A stretch of DNA of 64,000 nucleotides from an uncultured Bacilli bacterium (GTDB taxonomy: Bacteria; Bacillota_I; Bacilli_A; RF39; UBA660): NCBI GenBank assembly GCA_944371995.1, contig CALVYD010000005.1, positions 4,844 through 68,843 of the forward strand. The letters are read 5' to 3'. The translations under genes and the position numbers were made by a program. How positions within the stretch are numbered: position 1 is the stretch's first letter; every line of letters begins with the position of its first letter. Shown here one piece after another: positions 43,638-54,286 of this stretch. Under the pieces are notes generated by a model that searched no databases, was not told where the DNA came from, and worked only from the letters and a program-made list of their open reading frames with translations.

Positions 43638-46259
43638 ATGAAATACGTCTATTTATTTACTGAAGGCAGTAAAGATATGAGAAATCTATTAGGAGGAAAA
43701 GGTGCAAACCTAGCAGAAATGACTAATATAGGATTACCTGTTCCTAGAGGATTTACAGTAACTACAGAAGCTTGTACAAGTTATTATGATAATAACAGAG
43801 AGCTATCTGATGAAATTATGCAGCAAATCGATGAGAAAATCGAAGAGCTAGAAAAAATTACTGGAAAGACACTAGGAGATAGAAAAAATCCATTATTAGT
43901 ATCTGTGCGAAGTGGAGCACGTGCTAGTATGCCTGGTATGATGGATACCATATTAAACCTAGGAATGAATGATGATGTAGCAGTAGGATTTAGTGAAGTT
44001 ACGAATAATAAACGCTTTGTTTATGATTCATATCGTCGTTTTATCCAAATGTTTGCTGATGTTGTTATGGAATTTCCAAAATCTTCTTTTGAAAGAAAAT
44101 TTGATGAGATAAAGAAGGAAAAGGGAGTAGAACTTGATACTGAACTTACAGCAGAAGATTTAGAAGAAGTAGTTAAGATTTATAAAGAGGAATACATGCG
44201 CCTTGCTGGCAGTGAATTTCCTCAAGATCCAAAAGAACAATTAATGGCTGCCGTAAAAGCAGTATTTAGAAGTTGGATGAACGATAGAGCAATCACTTAT
44301 CGTAGATTAAATGATATTCCAAGTAGCTGGGGAACCGCTGTTAATGTTCAAGAAATGGTATATGGTAATAGAGGAGAAACTTCTGGTACTGGAGTTGCTT
44401 TCACTAGAAACCCTGCTACAGGAGAAAATCACTTATTTGGTGAATACTTAATGAATGCTCAAGGAGAAGATGTTGTTGCTGGTATTAGAACGCCTCAATC
44501 TATTGATACATTAAAAGAAGTAATGCCAGAATGTTATGAAGAATTCCAAAAGATTTGTAAAACTCTAGAAAATCACTATAAAGATATGCAAGATATGGAG
44601 TTTACGATTGAAGATGGAAAACTATTTATGCTTCAGACAAGAAATGGTAAACGTACCGCAACCGCAGCTTTAAAGATAGCAGTTGATATGGTAGAAGAAG
44701 GTATGATTACAAAAGAAGAAGCCTTATTAAAAGTGGACCCTAAACAACTAGACCAATTACTTCATCCGATGTTTGATGAAGAAAGCCTAAAGAAAGCAGA
44801 ATGTGTAGCAGAAGGTCTTGCTGCATCGCCTGGTGCTGCAACAGGTAAGATAGCTTTTACTGCCGAAGACGTTATTCGTATGCATAACGATGGAGAAAAA
44901 GATATTATTTTAGTTAGATTAGAAACATCTCCTGAGGATATTGAAGGAATGAATCTAGCTCATGGGGTTTTAACTCTTCGTGGAGGTATGACATCTCATG
45001 CAGCTGTTGTTGCTCGTGGTATGGGAACTTGTTGTGTATCTGGTTGTGGAGACTTAGTAATTGATGAAGAAGCAAAAACATTAACATTAAAAGATGGACG
45101 TATTTTAAAAGAAGAAGATTATATTAGTTTAGATGGTAGTACAGGTAAAGTTTATGCAGAACAAGTAAAAACAGTAGATGCTAGTATTACTGGAAATTTT
45201 GAAACATTTATGGACTGGGCTGATGAATATAGAGTACTAGAAGTTCGTGCTAATGCCGATACACCAAGAGATGCAGCTCAGGCAAGAAAATTTGGAGCAG
45301 AAGGAATCGGGCTTTGCCGTACAGAGCATATGTTCTTCGATGAAGAAAGAATATTTAACTTCCGTAAAATGATTACTGCACTAGATGTAGAATCAAGAGA
45401 AGCAGCTTTAGAAAAAATATTACCTTATCAAAGAGAAGACTTTGAAGGTTTATTTAAAGCAATGGATGGAAAATGTGTTATTATTCGTTTCCTAGATCCA
45501 CCATTACATGAATTCTTACCAAAGACAGAAGAAGAAATGAGACCACTTGCAGAAAGTCTAGGAATTACTTATGAAACCTTGAAAAATAAAGTAGATTCTC
45601 TAAAAGAATTTAACCCTATGATGGGACATCGTGGATGCCGTTTAGCAGTGACTTATCCAGAGATTGCTAGAATGCAAACAAGAGCTGTAATTGAAGCTGC
45701 AATTAATGTTCAAAAAGAAGGCGTTACGATTCACCCTGAAATTATGATTCCACTTGTTGGAGCAGTAAAAGAATTACAATATGTTAAAAAGATTGTAGTA
45801 GATACAGCAAAAGAAGTAATGGATCAAGCCGGCGTTACAGTAGATTACAAAGTAGGTACAATGATTGAAATACCAAGAGCAGCACTTTTAGCTGATAAGA
45901 TTGCTGAAGAAGCAGAATTCTTTAGTTTTGGTACCAATGATTTAACACAAATGACTTTTGGTTATTCTAGAGATGATGCTTCTAAATTCTTAGCAGACTA
46001 CTATCAAAAAGGAATACTAGACCAAGACCCTTTTGCATCTATTGATCAAGATGGTGTTGGAAAATTAATAGAGATTGCCGCAACTCTTGGAAGAGAAGCA
46101 AGACCAGATTTAGAACTTGGTATTTGTGGTGAACATGGAGGAGATCCAAAGAGTATTGATTTCTGTCATAGAGTGGGATTAAACTATGTATCATGCTCTC
46201 CATTTAGAGTACCAGTAGCACGTCTTGCCGCTGCACAAGCTGCAATTAATAATAAATAA
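43638..46259 (+). CDS. ppdK: Pyruvate, phosphate dikinase
   Basis: The 873-aa product has an ATP-grasp N-terminus (LGGKGANLAEM), the phosphohistidine motif GGMTSHAAVVARGMG and a PEP-utilising C-terminus with ICGEHGGDP. Confidence 0.95.
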   Translation: MKYVYLFTEGSKDMRNLLGGKGANLAEMTNIGLPVPRGFTVTTEACTSYYDNNRELSDEIMQQIDEKIEELEKITGKTLGDRKNPLLVSVRSGARASMPGMMDTILNLGMNDDVAVGFSEVTNNKRFVYDSYRRFIQMFADVVMEFPKSSFERKFDEIKKEKGVELDTELTAEDLEEVVKIYKEEYMRLAGSEFPQDPKEQLMAAVKAVFRSWMNDRAITYRRLNDIPSSWGTAVNVQEMVYGNRGETSGTGVAFTRNPATGENHLFGEYLMNAQGEDVVAGIRTPQSIDTLKEVMPECYEEFQKICKTLENHYKDMQDMEFTIEDGKLFMLQTRNGKRTATAALKIAVDMVEEGMITKEEALLKVDPKQLDQLLHPMFDEESLKKAECVAEGLAASPGAATGKIAFTAEDVIRMHNDGEKDIILVRLETSPEDIEGMNLAHGVLTLRGGMTSHAAVVARGMGTCCVSGCGDLVIDEEAKTLTLKDGRILKEEDYISLDGSTGKVYAEQVKTVDASITGNFETFMDWADEYRVLEVRANADTPRDAAQARKFGAEGIGLCRTEHMFFDEERIFNFRKMITALDVESREAALEKILPYQREDFEGLFKAMDGKCVIIRFLDPPLHEFLPKTEEEMRPLAESLGITYETLKNKVDSLKEFNPMMGHRGCRLAVTYPEIARMQTRAVIEAAINVQKEGVTIHPEIMIPLVGAVKELQYVKKIVVDTAKEVMDQAGVTVDYKVGTMIEIPRAALLADKIAEEAEFFSFGTNDLTQMTFGYSRDDASKFLADYYQKGILDQDPFASIDQDGVGKLIEIAATLGREARPDLELGICGEHGGDPKSIDFCHRVGLNYVSCSPFRVPVARLAAAQAAINNK

Positions 46260-46287
46260 AAGTCTTATTAAAACATAAAAAACAAGT

Positions 46288-46318
46288 AAAAATTGGCTAA
46301 TTTATTAGTCAATTTTTT
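46288..46318 (+). terminator. Rho-independent terminator after ppdK
   Basis: Stem ttggctaa / ttagtcaa (one G-T pair), then T6. Confidence 0.6.
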
Positions 46319-46362
46319 AAATTTAATTTATATAAGGAACAATCTTTTTTTGCAGATAATCA

Positions 46363-46392
46363 TTGACAAGTATCCCGATGGAAAGGTATAAT
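46363..46392 (+). promoter_or_regulatory. Sigma-A promoter of megapilin B
   Basis: TTGACA at 46363-46368, 18-nt spacer, TATAAT at 46387-46392. Confidence 0.65.
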
Positions 46393-46423
46393 CTTATTAG
46401 AATAGAAATAATGGTGATAGAGT

Positions 46424-49400
46424 ATGAGAATAGGAAAAAAGTTAAAGAATAGAAATGGTTTTACGCTAATTGAATTGATTGCGGTAATCGCTATTCTGGG
46501 AATTATTTTGCTACTAGCATTGCCACAAGTTTCTAAGATTCAACAGGCCAACAAAAATAGAAAGTATGAAGCTTATGAACTGTCTATAGAACGTGGTGCT
46601 AAACTATATACAGATTCGAATGCCAGAGATATGTTTGGTAATAATAATTCTGGTTGTGTAACGATTCCATATTCTGTTTTGAAATCAAGTAATGTTATCA
46701 AAGATTTTAGTGATCCTGATATTACTTGTTCTAACGATTCTGAAACTTATGTTAGAATTAGAAAGATTAACGATGATTATCGCTATGATGTCGCCCTAAC
46801 TTGTAGACAAGAGGGAGATGTTGTCTACCAAAAAGAAATAGATACAACCTTTACTTGTACGAATTCTCCAGATACGGAAGTACCAATAATTGAAGCTAGT
46901 CCGTCATCAAAATCTAACTGGGTAAAATCAGAAGATTTAGAAATAACGATTAAAATATCAGATGCAAGTGGACTAAATAAAAATACAAGTATTAAATATT
47001 ACTGGGTAAAGACTTCTGGAGAAAAAGTAGGAAAAGAATATACTCATAACTATAATAATAAAAAAGGTGTAACAAAAGTAAGCTATAAAATCCCTAAAAA
47101 GAATATGATAGATACTACTGGACAATATTATTTAGTAGTAGAACCTTATCGAACAACAACGGCAAATGGAGTACAAGATGTATTAGGAAATGACAGAATA
47201 ACAGAAGAGCGATTTGGAATATATAAAATTGATAATACGAAACCAAGTTGCGGTGTAGCCGATGGAGAAAAAACAAAATGGACAAATACAGATTTTACCA
47301 TTACGCAACATTGTGGTGATGGAGAAAGTGGCTGTGTAAAAGAAAGTTATAGTAAGAAGTTCACGGAATCGACTACTACCCATACTTTTACTATAAAAGA
47401 TAAAGCAGGAAATACCAATAAATGTAAAGTAAATGTATATTTGGATAAAGATAAACCAACATGTGGAAAAACAAAAGGAGAAAGTACAGAGTGGACTAAC
47501 AAAGATAGAACCATCAGTGTGGAATGTGAAGAAAAAGAGTTTAGTAAATGTAAGAAAGATGTATTTGAAGTGACATTCTCAACAGAGGGAAAGAAAGATA
47601 ATATAGAAATACAAGATAATGCAGGAAACAAAACACAATGTTCTGTAAACAAATATATTGATAAGACACCACCAAAATGTCCAACCATTAGTTCAACAAC
47701 ACCAGCTGGAAAATGGACTAATAAAGATATTACTTATACGTTTAAATTTACAGATGATACAGCTAAATATATATGGTATACCAAAGTAGGAGATAATGAC
47801 TGGAAAGAATGGAGTACCAATAAACCGAGTGTTACTCAAAAATCTATCACAGCAGAAGGATACCGAAAAGTAGGAGTACGAGTATATGACATTGCAGGAA
47901 ATCACCAATTATGTGGAACAGATGCGACATATAATATAGATAAATCAAAACCAACATGTGGAACAGCATCAGGATCAAGTACAACATGGATAAATAAAGA
48001 TAGATATATTAGTCAAGGATGTAACGATAGTTTGAGTGGATGTAGCGCACCAACATTTAATAAGACATTCACAACAGAAGGAACAACTGACAAAATATCA
48101 ATAGCAGATAAAGCAGGAAATTCCAATACCTGTACAGTAAATAAATATATAGATAAAACTAGGCCGACATTAGGGTATAAATTGACACAAGATACAACGG
48201 GTCAACCTTATAAACCAGGAACATGGACTAGAAATGGAGTGTTCCGTGATTTGTATCCAGCAGATAAAGGTGGAAGCGGAGTGCTAGAAACCCAATATAA
48301 TCTTGGAGGTGGATGGGATCACGAACCAAATTTAAGCAATTTTTATATAGGTGAAGGTAATCAAACGGGAAGGTATCGAGTAAAAGATAATGCCGGAAAT
48401 TACAGTGATGAAGTAGTTTTACATTTTATGATTGACTGGACCGCTCCGAACTGTGTAAGTAGTGGAGGAAGTAGTAACGCAACAATAGGACCAGTAACAA
48501 TCACAGGAATATGTAGCGATGGCATTAGTGGATGTACAGGAAATGTATCAAGAACATTCACTAACGATATGAATGAATGGGTATCACCAGGAACTGTTAG
48601 AGACAATGCTGGAAATACGAGAGAATGTCCAACACAACAAGTAAATATAAATACAAGACCAAATAAACCAACCATACAAAATCCAACAAATGAAAAATGG
48701 GTAAACTATAACTTTGCTTTAACGGTAAAGACCACATCACCAAGTAATATCATAGGATATTGGCAATATAGTTATGACAATAGTAACTGGGTAACCTATT
48801 CTAATTCCGCAACAAATAACTTTGTAACTACAAACTTTGAAAGAGAAAGAAACCAATTAGCATATATTAGAGTATGTAGTAAATCGGGTTTATGTTCAGA
48901 ATCCGCATCAACTTATATTAGAATAGATAAAACGAAACCAACGTTAGGATATAAATTGACTGATGATACTACAGGAGCAAATTATATTTCAGGGACATGG
49001 TCAAGACACGGATTGTATCGTGATTTATATCCAAAGGATAATGCCAGCGGAGTAAAAGAAGTGCAGTATAATGATAGTAATAGTGGATGGTATAATGAAC
49101 CAAATTGGAATCATTTCTGGATACGCACTGAGAGAATTAGAACAAGTAAATATCGAGTATATGATTATGCAGGAAATGTTAGTGATGAAGTAACAATAGA
49201 GTATAAGATTGATTGGACTCCACCGGTTGTAGAAAGTTTTGATTATGAATATACCGCTCCTGATCCGATCTGTAATACGAATCCATTAAAATACGCTGAT
49301 CCTACTGTTTTGATTTTTAGAGTAGATGTATTTAATGTTAGAGCGTATGATCCGCAGGTTAATAGTTCTCATAGTGGTATCGATCATTTTCAAATTGTTA

Positions 49401-49729
49401 TTGCACCTACATACTGGATTTATAAAAATGATGATACAACAGCAAAGGCACAGTGTACAGAGGATAGTTGCTATGATAACGCTTACCGTTACAAATATGT
49501 AAATGTTAATAATGTGCAAAGTATAGGAAATGGATATTATACCTTTCCTAGAACCAATGCTACAGCACAAATGAACAATCTTAATTACGGAAATACGAAA
49601 GCATTTTGTGCTGATTGGTGTATTAATGTTATTGCTGTAGATAAAGCTGGTAATGGTCAACAATCACCTACTTCCTGGGGAACAGGGACTGAATGTCCTC
49701 AAAAATATAAAGATGGTCGAGGATATTAA
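46424..49729 (+). CDS. Giant prepilin-type N-terminal domain protein (megapilin B), paralog of 7915-11643
   Basis: Leader MRIGKKLKNRNG/FTLIELIAVIAILGIILLLALPQ. The first ~560 nt are nearly identical to copy A. Module order is X 47939-48151, Z 48152-48433, Y 48434-48925, Z 48926-49210, then the C-terminal domain. Confidence 0.85.
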   Translation: MRIGKKLKNRNGFTLIELIAVIAILGIILLLALPQVSKIQQANKNRKYEAYELSIERGAKLYTDSNARDMFGNNNSGCVTIPYSVLKSSNVIKDFSDPDITCSNDSETYVRIRKINDDYRYDVALTCRQEGDVVYQKEIDTTFTCTNSPDTEVPIIEASPSSKSNWVKSEDLEITIKISDASGLNKNTSIKYYWVKTSGEKVGKEYTHNYNNKKGVTKVSYKIPKKNMIDTTGQYYLVVEPYRTTTANGVQDVLGNDRITEERFGIYKIDNTKPSCGVADGEKTKWTNTDFTITQHCGDGESGCVKESYSKKFTESTTTHTFTIKDKAGNTNKCKVNVYLDKDKPTCGKTKGESTEWTNKDRTISVECEEKEFSKCKKDVFEVTFSTEGKKDNIEIQDNAGNKTQCSVNKYIDKTPPKCPTISSTTPAGKWTNKDITYTFKFTDDTAKYIWYTKVGDNDWKEWSTNKPSVTQKSITAEGYRKVGVRVYDIAGNHQLCGTDATYNIDKSKPTCGTASGSSTTWINKDRYISQGCNDSLSGCSAPTFNKTFTTEGTTDKISIADKAGNSNTCTVNKYIDKTRPTLGYKLTQDTTGQPYKPGTWTRNGVFRDLYPADKGGSGVLETQYNLGGGWDHEPNLSNFYIGEGNQTGRYRVKDNAGNYSDEVVLHFMIDWTAPNCVSSGGSSNATIGPVTITGICSDGISGCTGNVSRTFTNDMNEWVSPGTVRDNAGNTRECPTQQVNINTRPNKPTIQNPTNEKWVNYNFALTVKTTSPSNIIGYWQYSYDNSNWVTYSNSATNNFVTTNFERERNQLAYIRVCSKSGLCSESASTYIRIDKTKPTLGYKLTDDTTGANYISGTWSRHGLYRDLYPKDNASGVKEVQYNDSNSGWYNEPNWNHFWIRTERIRTSKYRVYDYAGNVSDEVTIEYKIDWTPPVVESFDYEYTAPDPICNTNPLKYADPTVLIFRVDVFNVRAYDPQVNSSHSGIDHFQIVIAPTYWIYKNDDTTAKAQCTEDSCYDNAYRYKYVNVNNVQSIGNGYYTFPRTNATAQMNNLNYGNTKAFCADWCINVIAVDKAGNGQQSPTSWGTGTECPQKYKDGRGY

Positions 49730-49732
49730 AAT

Positions 49733-49768
49733 AAGCTTCATTAGAAATTTCTAATGAAGTTTTTATTT
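49733..49768 (+). terminator. Hairpin terminator of megapilin B (homologous to 11648-11684)
   Basis: Stem aagcttcattag / ctaatgaagttt, then a T-run. Confidence 0.7.
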
Positions 49769-49983
49769 GTTATGAAAATATAGAAATAATAATTACAGTG
49801 ATAAATTTAAAACCATATTAGTTATCTAATACATATGTAATGTTAGAATATCTCAAACAAATAATAGCAACAATCCATGTAAGTAAAAAATTATAAGTAA
49901 ACCTTTCGTAAAATACAATCTCTTACGTAGAAATTATATTTTATTTTTGCTATAATAATAAAAGAAGATAAAGAGGTGATTTA

Positions 49984-50877
49984 ATGAAAGTAGTTTGTGT
50001 TGGTCATTCTACTTATGATACAACGTTACCAATGGATTTTTATCCTACAGAAAATTTAAAATATAGAATTCATGAACATATGGAATGTGGAGGAGGTCCT
50101 GCTGCAAACGGGGCTTATTTGTTAGCTAAATGGGGCATGGATACCACTATCATGTGTGCCGTAGGTGATGACTATTACGGGCAACAAATAATCCATGAGT
50201 TTGAACGAGTTCATGCTTCTACAGAATGTATAGAAGTACATCCCGATTTTATGACTTCTAGTAGCTATATTATTGCCAATCGTTCCAATGGTAGTAGAAC
50301 AATTATCACATCAAAAAAACCACCTATTCGTAAATTAAATCATAATGGCAATATTCATGCGGATTTAATTTTAGTAGATGGAGAACATCCTGAAACAGCA
50401 GAAGCTGTATTACGAGCAAATCCCAATGCTATTAGCGTCATCGATGCAGGAAGACTAACGGACGATACGAAACGTTTAGGAAAACTAGTAACATATGTTG
50501 TTTGTTCTAAAACATTTGCCGAAGAGTTTTCAGGTAGAAAAATTGATGTTAATGATATGAGTAGTTTAATTTACTGCTATGACAGATTAAAAGAATTCTT
50601 TCAAAACACTGTAGTAATTACACTAGAAGATAAAGGAAGTTTTACAAAACTAGACGATTATGAAATACTACCAACTGTCAAAGTACAAGCTGTAGACTCT
50701 ACTGGTGCAGGAGATATCTTCCATGGAGCATTTACTTATTTCATAGGTAACGGATATTCTTTAAGAGATACAATTCATTATGCATCAATTACATCTGCAA
50801 TCTCCATCACAAGAGTAGGTGCAAGATGTTCGATTCCAGACTTAAAAGAAGTACTTGAATATGATGAACTTATATAA
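49984..50877 (+). CDS. PfkB-family carbohydrate/nucleoside kinase
   Basis: Ribokinase-like fold motifs GGGPAANGA and DSTGAGDIFHGAF. Confidence 0.8.
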   Translation: MKVVCVGHSTYDTTLPMDFYPTENLKYRIHEHMECGGGPAANGAYLLAKWGMDTTIMCAVGDDYYGQQIIHEFERVHASTECIEVHPDFMTSSSYIIANRSNGSRTIITSKKPPIRKLNHNGNIHADLILVDGEHPETAEAVLRANPNAISVIDAGRLTDDTKRLGKLVTYVVCSKTFAEEFSGRKIDVNDMSSLIYCYDRLKEFFQNTVVITLEDKGSFTKLDDYEILPTVKVQAVDSTGAGDIFHGAFTYFIGNGYSLRDTIHYASITSAISITRVGARCSIPDLKEVLEYDELI

Positions 50878-51118
50878 TCGTTATCCTGTCTTAGATTTAC
50901 ATGGATTCGATCGTGACTATGCTAGGATTATGATTAATGATTTTATTATGGATTGTTATCAAATGAGATGCGAAAAAGCAGTAATTATTCATGGTATTGG
51001 AACTGGCATACTTCGTAAAACTACCAAAGAAGTACTAAGCAAAAATAAATATGTAGAAAATGCAAAGATAGATATATTTAATGAAGGCGAGACTATTGTA
51101 GAGCTAAAAAGGCGTTAG
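50855..51118 (+). CDS. Smr-domain protein
   Basis: LDLHGFDRDYA...VIIHGIGTGILRK Smr signature. It overlaps the kinase gene by 23 nt. Confidence 0.75.
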   Translation: MNMMNLYNRYPVLDLHGFDRDYARIMINDFIMDCYQMRCEKAVIIHGIGTGILRKTTKEVLSKNKYVENAKIDIFNEGETIVELKRR

Positions 51119-51197
51119 TCTTGACTTTTTTTGTCTTTAGTGGTAGTATAATAGCGATAAAAAAGAGGTGAGTGAAAAAGGAAAAGAGGGAGGCTAT

Positions 51198-51716
51198 ATG
51201 TATAGTGAAAAATATGAACAACGTGGTTTTTCATGTAAACCTTTTTTATTAAGAATAATATTATTAATAGTACTTGTTTTTTTCATCATAGATATATTAC
51301 CAAACTTAGTAAAACCTACTATAATCACAAATAGTAAAAATAAGGATGTCTATCTTTCACCATTAACTTCAAAAGTATATGCTAACAATACAGAAAAAAT
51401 GAAGAAAGCAGCCCTTACTTATTATACAGAAGAAAAACTTCCTACTAATATTGGAGATTCAAGCACATTAACATTACAAGATATGAAAAAGCAAAACTTA
51501 ATCACTTCTTTAACGGTTGAAAACAACAATACTTATGATGAAACCGAAAGTTATATAAAACTAACAAAAATAGGACAAGATTATCTATTAAAAATAAATT
51601 TAAAAGATAATAAGCAAGAAAATTATCTTTTAGTACACCTAGGATTTTATACACATTGTGATAATAATATATGTGAGAATAAGATAAGTAAAACAAAAAA
51701 AACAGTAAAATTATGA
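51198..51716 (+). CDS. Single-pass membrane protein of unknown function
   Basis: RBS agagggagg, then ATG 51198. One TM (FLLRIILLIVLVFFIIDILP) and an extracytoplasmic ~120-aa domain with a C-terminal Cys pair. Confidence 0.6.
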   Translation: MYSEKYEQRGFSCKPFLLRIILLIVLVFFIIDILPNLVKPTIITNSKNKDVYLSPLTSKVYANNTEKMKKAALTYYTEEKLPTNIGDSSTLTLQDMKKQNLITSLTVENNNTYDETESYIKLTKIGQDYLLKINLKDNKQENYLLVHLGFYTHCDNNICENKISKTKKTVKL

Positions 51717-51759
51717 TATATAAAAATATATGATATATTGTAATACAAGGGGGATAATT

Positions 51760-54144
51760 ATGAAAAAGAAAAAAGTTCTAAATATTGTAAAATTTTCAGT
51801 TAATGACGTTGTAGGTAGCACGACAACAAAGCGTACTCAGGCAGCAGTTTTCTACGATGATGGTAGTGTAGAAATGCTTCCTATGGAGGATGCTGTTGAA
51901 CTATGCAAAAGGGAAAACATTAAAATGAAACAAACAACACCTGAAAAATTAGAAGCAAATTTCCAGAAATATCGCGGTGTTACTACTCCTAAAAAGAAGA
52001 AAAAGGAACAGGAAAATACTTCTCAAGAAGAAACAACACTTATTAAAAAAATAAAAAATAAATTGAAGACAATAAAAAACTTCATTTTAAAACCATTTAT
52101 GTTTATATATGAAAAAACCATTGTAAAAGCTTGTGAATATGCAACGCTTCATATTTTACAAAGAAAAAAATTAAAAGCGTTGCAAAAAAATAACGAAAAT
52201 GCAGAATCAAACACAAAGAAAAAACTCTTCCAAAAATCTAAAAAGAAAAAAAGTGAAAATGTAAATAACAACAAGAATAAGAATAAGTTTTTCAGTAAAA
52301 GAACAAAATCTAAGAATAAAAAAGCAAAAAATAAAACCAGAAAAAGGAAAAGATTTTTTACCAGAGTTAAAGCAGCTATCTTTGCAGCAGTACTAATGGT
52401 TGCAGGAGCATTCGGAATAAGTTCATGTCAAAAAAAGGAACTTTCCCTAAATCCACAATCAAAAGTAGAATCTGAAGCGGATATTTTAAATGATCTTTCT
52501 AAAGCAGATATTATTAATTTAATAAAAGAATATAAACTTTCTGCAGACCAAGTTTCTCAGTTAATTCGTGATGGAAAGATTACAAACGATGATTTTAAGC
52601 ATTTATCTGTAGAACAATTATTAAATATTACAAGTAGCAATATACAACAACAAGAAATGGAAAAAATATCTAATTTCTTAAATGGTTATAATATTACGTT
52701 TGCCAAAAATTGCTTAGATAAAGAAGCAGGAGAGATACGTACAGTACTTACTTATACCGAAGCAAATGCTCTTAATTCAGCATATAATAATTATTCTAAA
52801 GAAGATATTCAAGCAATATTTAATGGTTCTGAAGCTATCGATTTTACGAAGGCCTATAAAGAAGGCTATTTACAATTACTAGGAGCTTTTGTTCTAGCAA
52901 CAGATAATAATCCAGTACAATTAGATAAATTAATCAATGATGAAAATGGAAAAACTTTTGTTAAAGACTACGAGACTACTTTCTACGAATGTAAAAATCT
53001 TACAGGAGAAGATCAAGTTAAAGCAGTAACTGAACTATATAAAAGAGTAGTAAATGACTTTGCTATTACCTCAACTAATCAAGGAACAATAGAGTCATAT
53101 AAATTAGCAGTTGCTCCAATAGTAGTAGCAGCTACATCTTTATTTGATGATTTAGGAATCGATCAAACATTAGTTGATCAAGTAACTACATATTTTAATG
53201 AAGTAGGATTATACAGTAAAGCAACAGAAAACTTTAACATGGCCAATGCATTAAATGGCACCGAAGATTCAGAAAATCCTACCTATGAGCAATATAAAGA
53301 TGCTGAAATTAACAGCTTAGAAGATGAAAGTGCATATTATAAAAGTGATAAAAATCGTGATTTAAGTCAATTAGATAAGTTTAAATCATTAGTAAATTGG
53401 CAATTTAATTTAGATGCCAATGGTGATTTGATCATAGGAAACACGCTAGGAGAAAGTATAGTGTTGCAACCAGAAGAAGCACAAGAAAAAAAGGAAGATG
53501 AACCAGTATTAACTGAAGCAACCATTGTAGAACCAGTGAAAGAACCTGCAGTAGTTAGAGAAAGTACGCAATCTTATACAACTGCAACTGCTAGTTATAC
53601 TACCCTAAGTAATAATGATTATAGCTATGATAATGCAGATAATTTAGAATCATCTCCTATTCCAGAAACTCCAACAGCAACCTACAATAATACCTCTGAT
53701 GAAGTAGCTAATACAGAGGGAGTAGAAGTGACTTACAATCCAGAAGAAGAATTAGATAATTTCCAAGTAGGAGAAACAAACGGCCAGACATTTTTTGAAT
53801 ACGATGAGCCTAGTGAAGAAGTAGAGAATACAGATTCTAATGAAAGTCAGGCTACTGGTAACACAGATACGACAGAAGATACAGTATCAGAAGAAACGAA
53901 TACCGAAAATAATAGTAATAGTGATAACACTATTGAAGAAGAGTATAGTATCACTCAAATGCCAGACAGTAATCGTATAATTATAGAATATGAAGAGACA
54001 GTAGAAGAAACACCAGTAGAAGAAGTACAAACTGAACAAGAATTAACAAATGAACAAAAGGCTGAAGCTATTGTAAATGATATGGCAGAAAATCCAGAAA
54101 ATTATGCAGAAGAAGCAGAAGAAGTATTTGTATATACAAAATAG
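51760..54144 (+). CDS. Large membrane protein: very basic cytoplasmic N-domain, one TM, extracellular domain and acidic tail
   Basis: RBS aggggga, then ATG 51760. Lys/Arg-rich residues ~90-210, TM AAIFAAVLMVAGAFGI, and a Glu/Thr/Asn-rich C-terminus. Confidence 0.7.
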   Translation: MKKKKVLNIVKFSVNDVVGSTTTKRTQAAVFYDDGSVEMLPMEDAVELCKRENIKMKQTTPEKLEANFQKYRGVTTPKKKKKEQENTSQEETTLIKKIKNKLKTIKNFILKPFMFIYEKTIVKACEYATLHILQRKKLKALQKNNENAESNTKKKLFQKSKKKKSENVNNNKNKNKFFSKRTKSKNKKAKNKTRKRKRFFTRVKAAIFAAVLMVAGAFGISSCQKKELSLNPQSKVESEADILNDLSKADIINLIKEYKLSADQVSQLIRDGKITNDDFKHLSVEQLLNITSSNIQQQEMEKISNFLNGYNITFAKNCLDKEAGEIRTVLTYTEANALNSAYNNYSKEDIQAIFNGSEAIDFTKAYKEGYLQLLGAFVLATDNNPVQLDKLINDENGKTFVKDYETTFYECKNLTGEDQVKAVTELYKRVVNDFAITSTNQGTIESYKLAVAPIVVAATSLFDDLGIDQTLVDQVTTYFNEVGLYSKATENFNMANALNGTEDSENPTYEQYKDAEINSLEDESAYYKSDKNRDLSQLDKFKSLVNWQFNLDANGDLIIGNTLGESIVLQPEEAQEKKEDEPVLTEATIVEPVKEPAVVRESTQSYTTATASYTTLSNNDYSYDNADNLESSPIPETPTATYNNTSDEVANTEGVEVTYNPEEELDNFQVGETNGQTFFEYDEPSEEVENTDSNESQATGNTDTTEDTVSEETNTENNSNSDNTIEEEYSITQMPDSNRIIIEYEETVEETPVEEVQTEQELTNEQKAEAIVNDMAENPENYAEEAEEVFVYTK

Positions 54145-54155
54145 AAAATGATACT

Positions 54156-54181
54156 AAAGATGACAAAAGTCATCTTTTTAA
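54156..54181 (+). terminator. Rho-independent terminator
   Basis: Stem aaagatgac / gtcatcttt, loop aaaa, T-rich tail. Confidence 0.75.
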
Positions 54182-54235
54182 TATATTAGGAATTTGCTCC
54201 TCAAAATGCGAATTTGAAAACTTGATAAAAAATAG

Positions 54236-54264
54236 TTGACATACGAACAAACGTATTATATAGT
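54236..54264 (+). promoter_or_regulatory. Sigma-A promoter inside the IS left end
   Basis: TTGACA at 54236-54241, 17-nt spacer, TATAGT at 54259-54264. Confidence 0.6.
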
Positions 54265-54286
54265 GTTCTCATCAGGAGGGGATATT

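Noticed and set aside
54222-54226. TTGAT (the ISDra2 TnpB TAM and target site) upstream of tnpB as the left boundary of the IS.
   Set aside because: This remains possible. It is not preferred because CTCAA at 54200-54204 reproduces the 5' flank of the second copy of the right-flank sequence (63070-63074) and restores a 10-bp hairpin stem. It is kept as the main alternative hypothesis.
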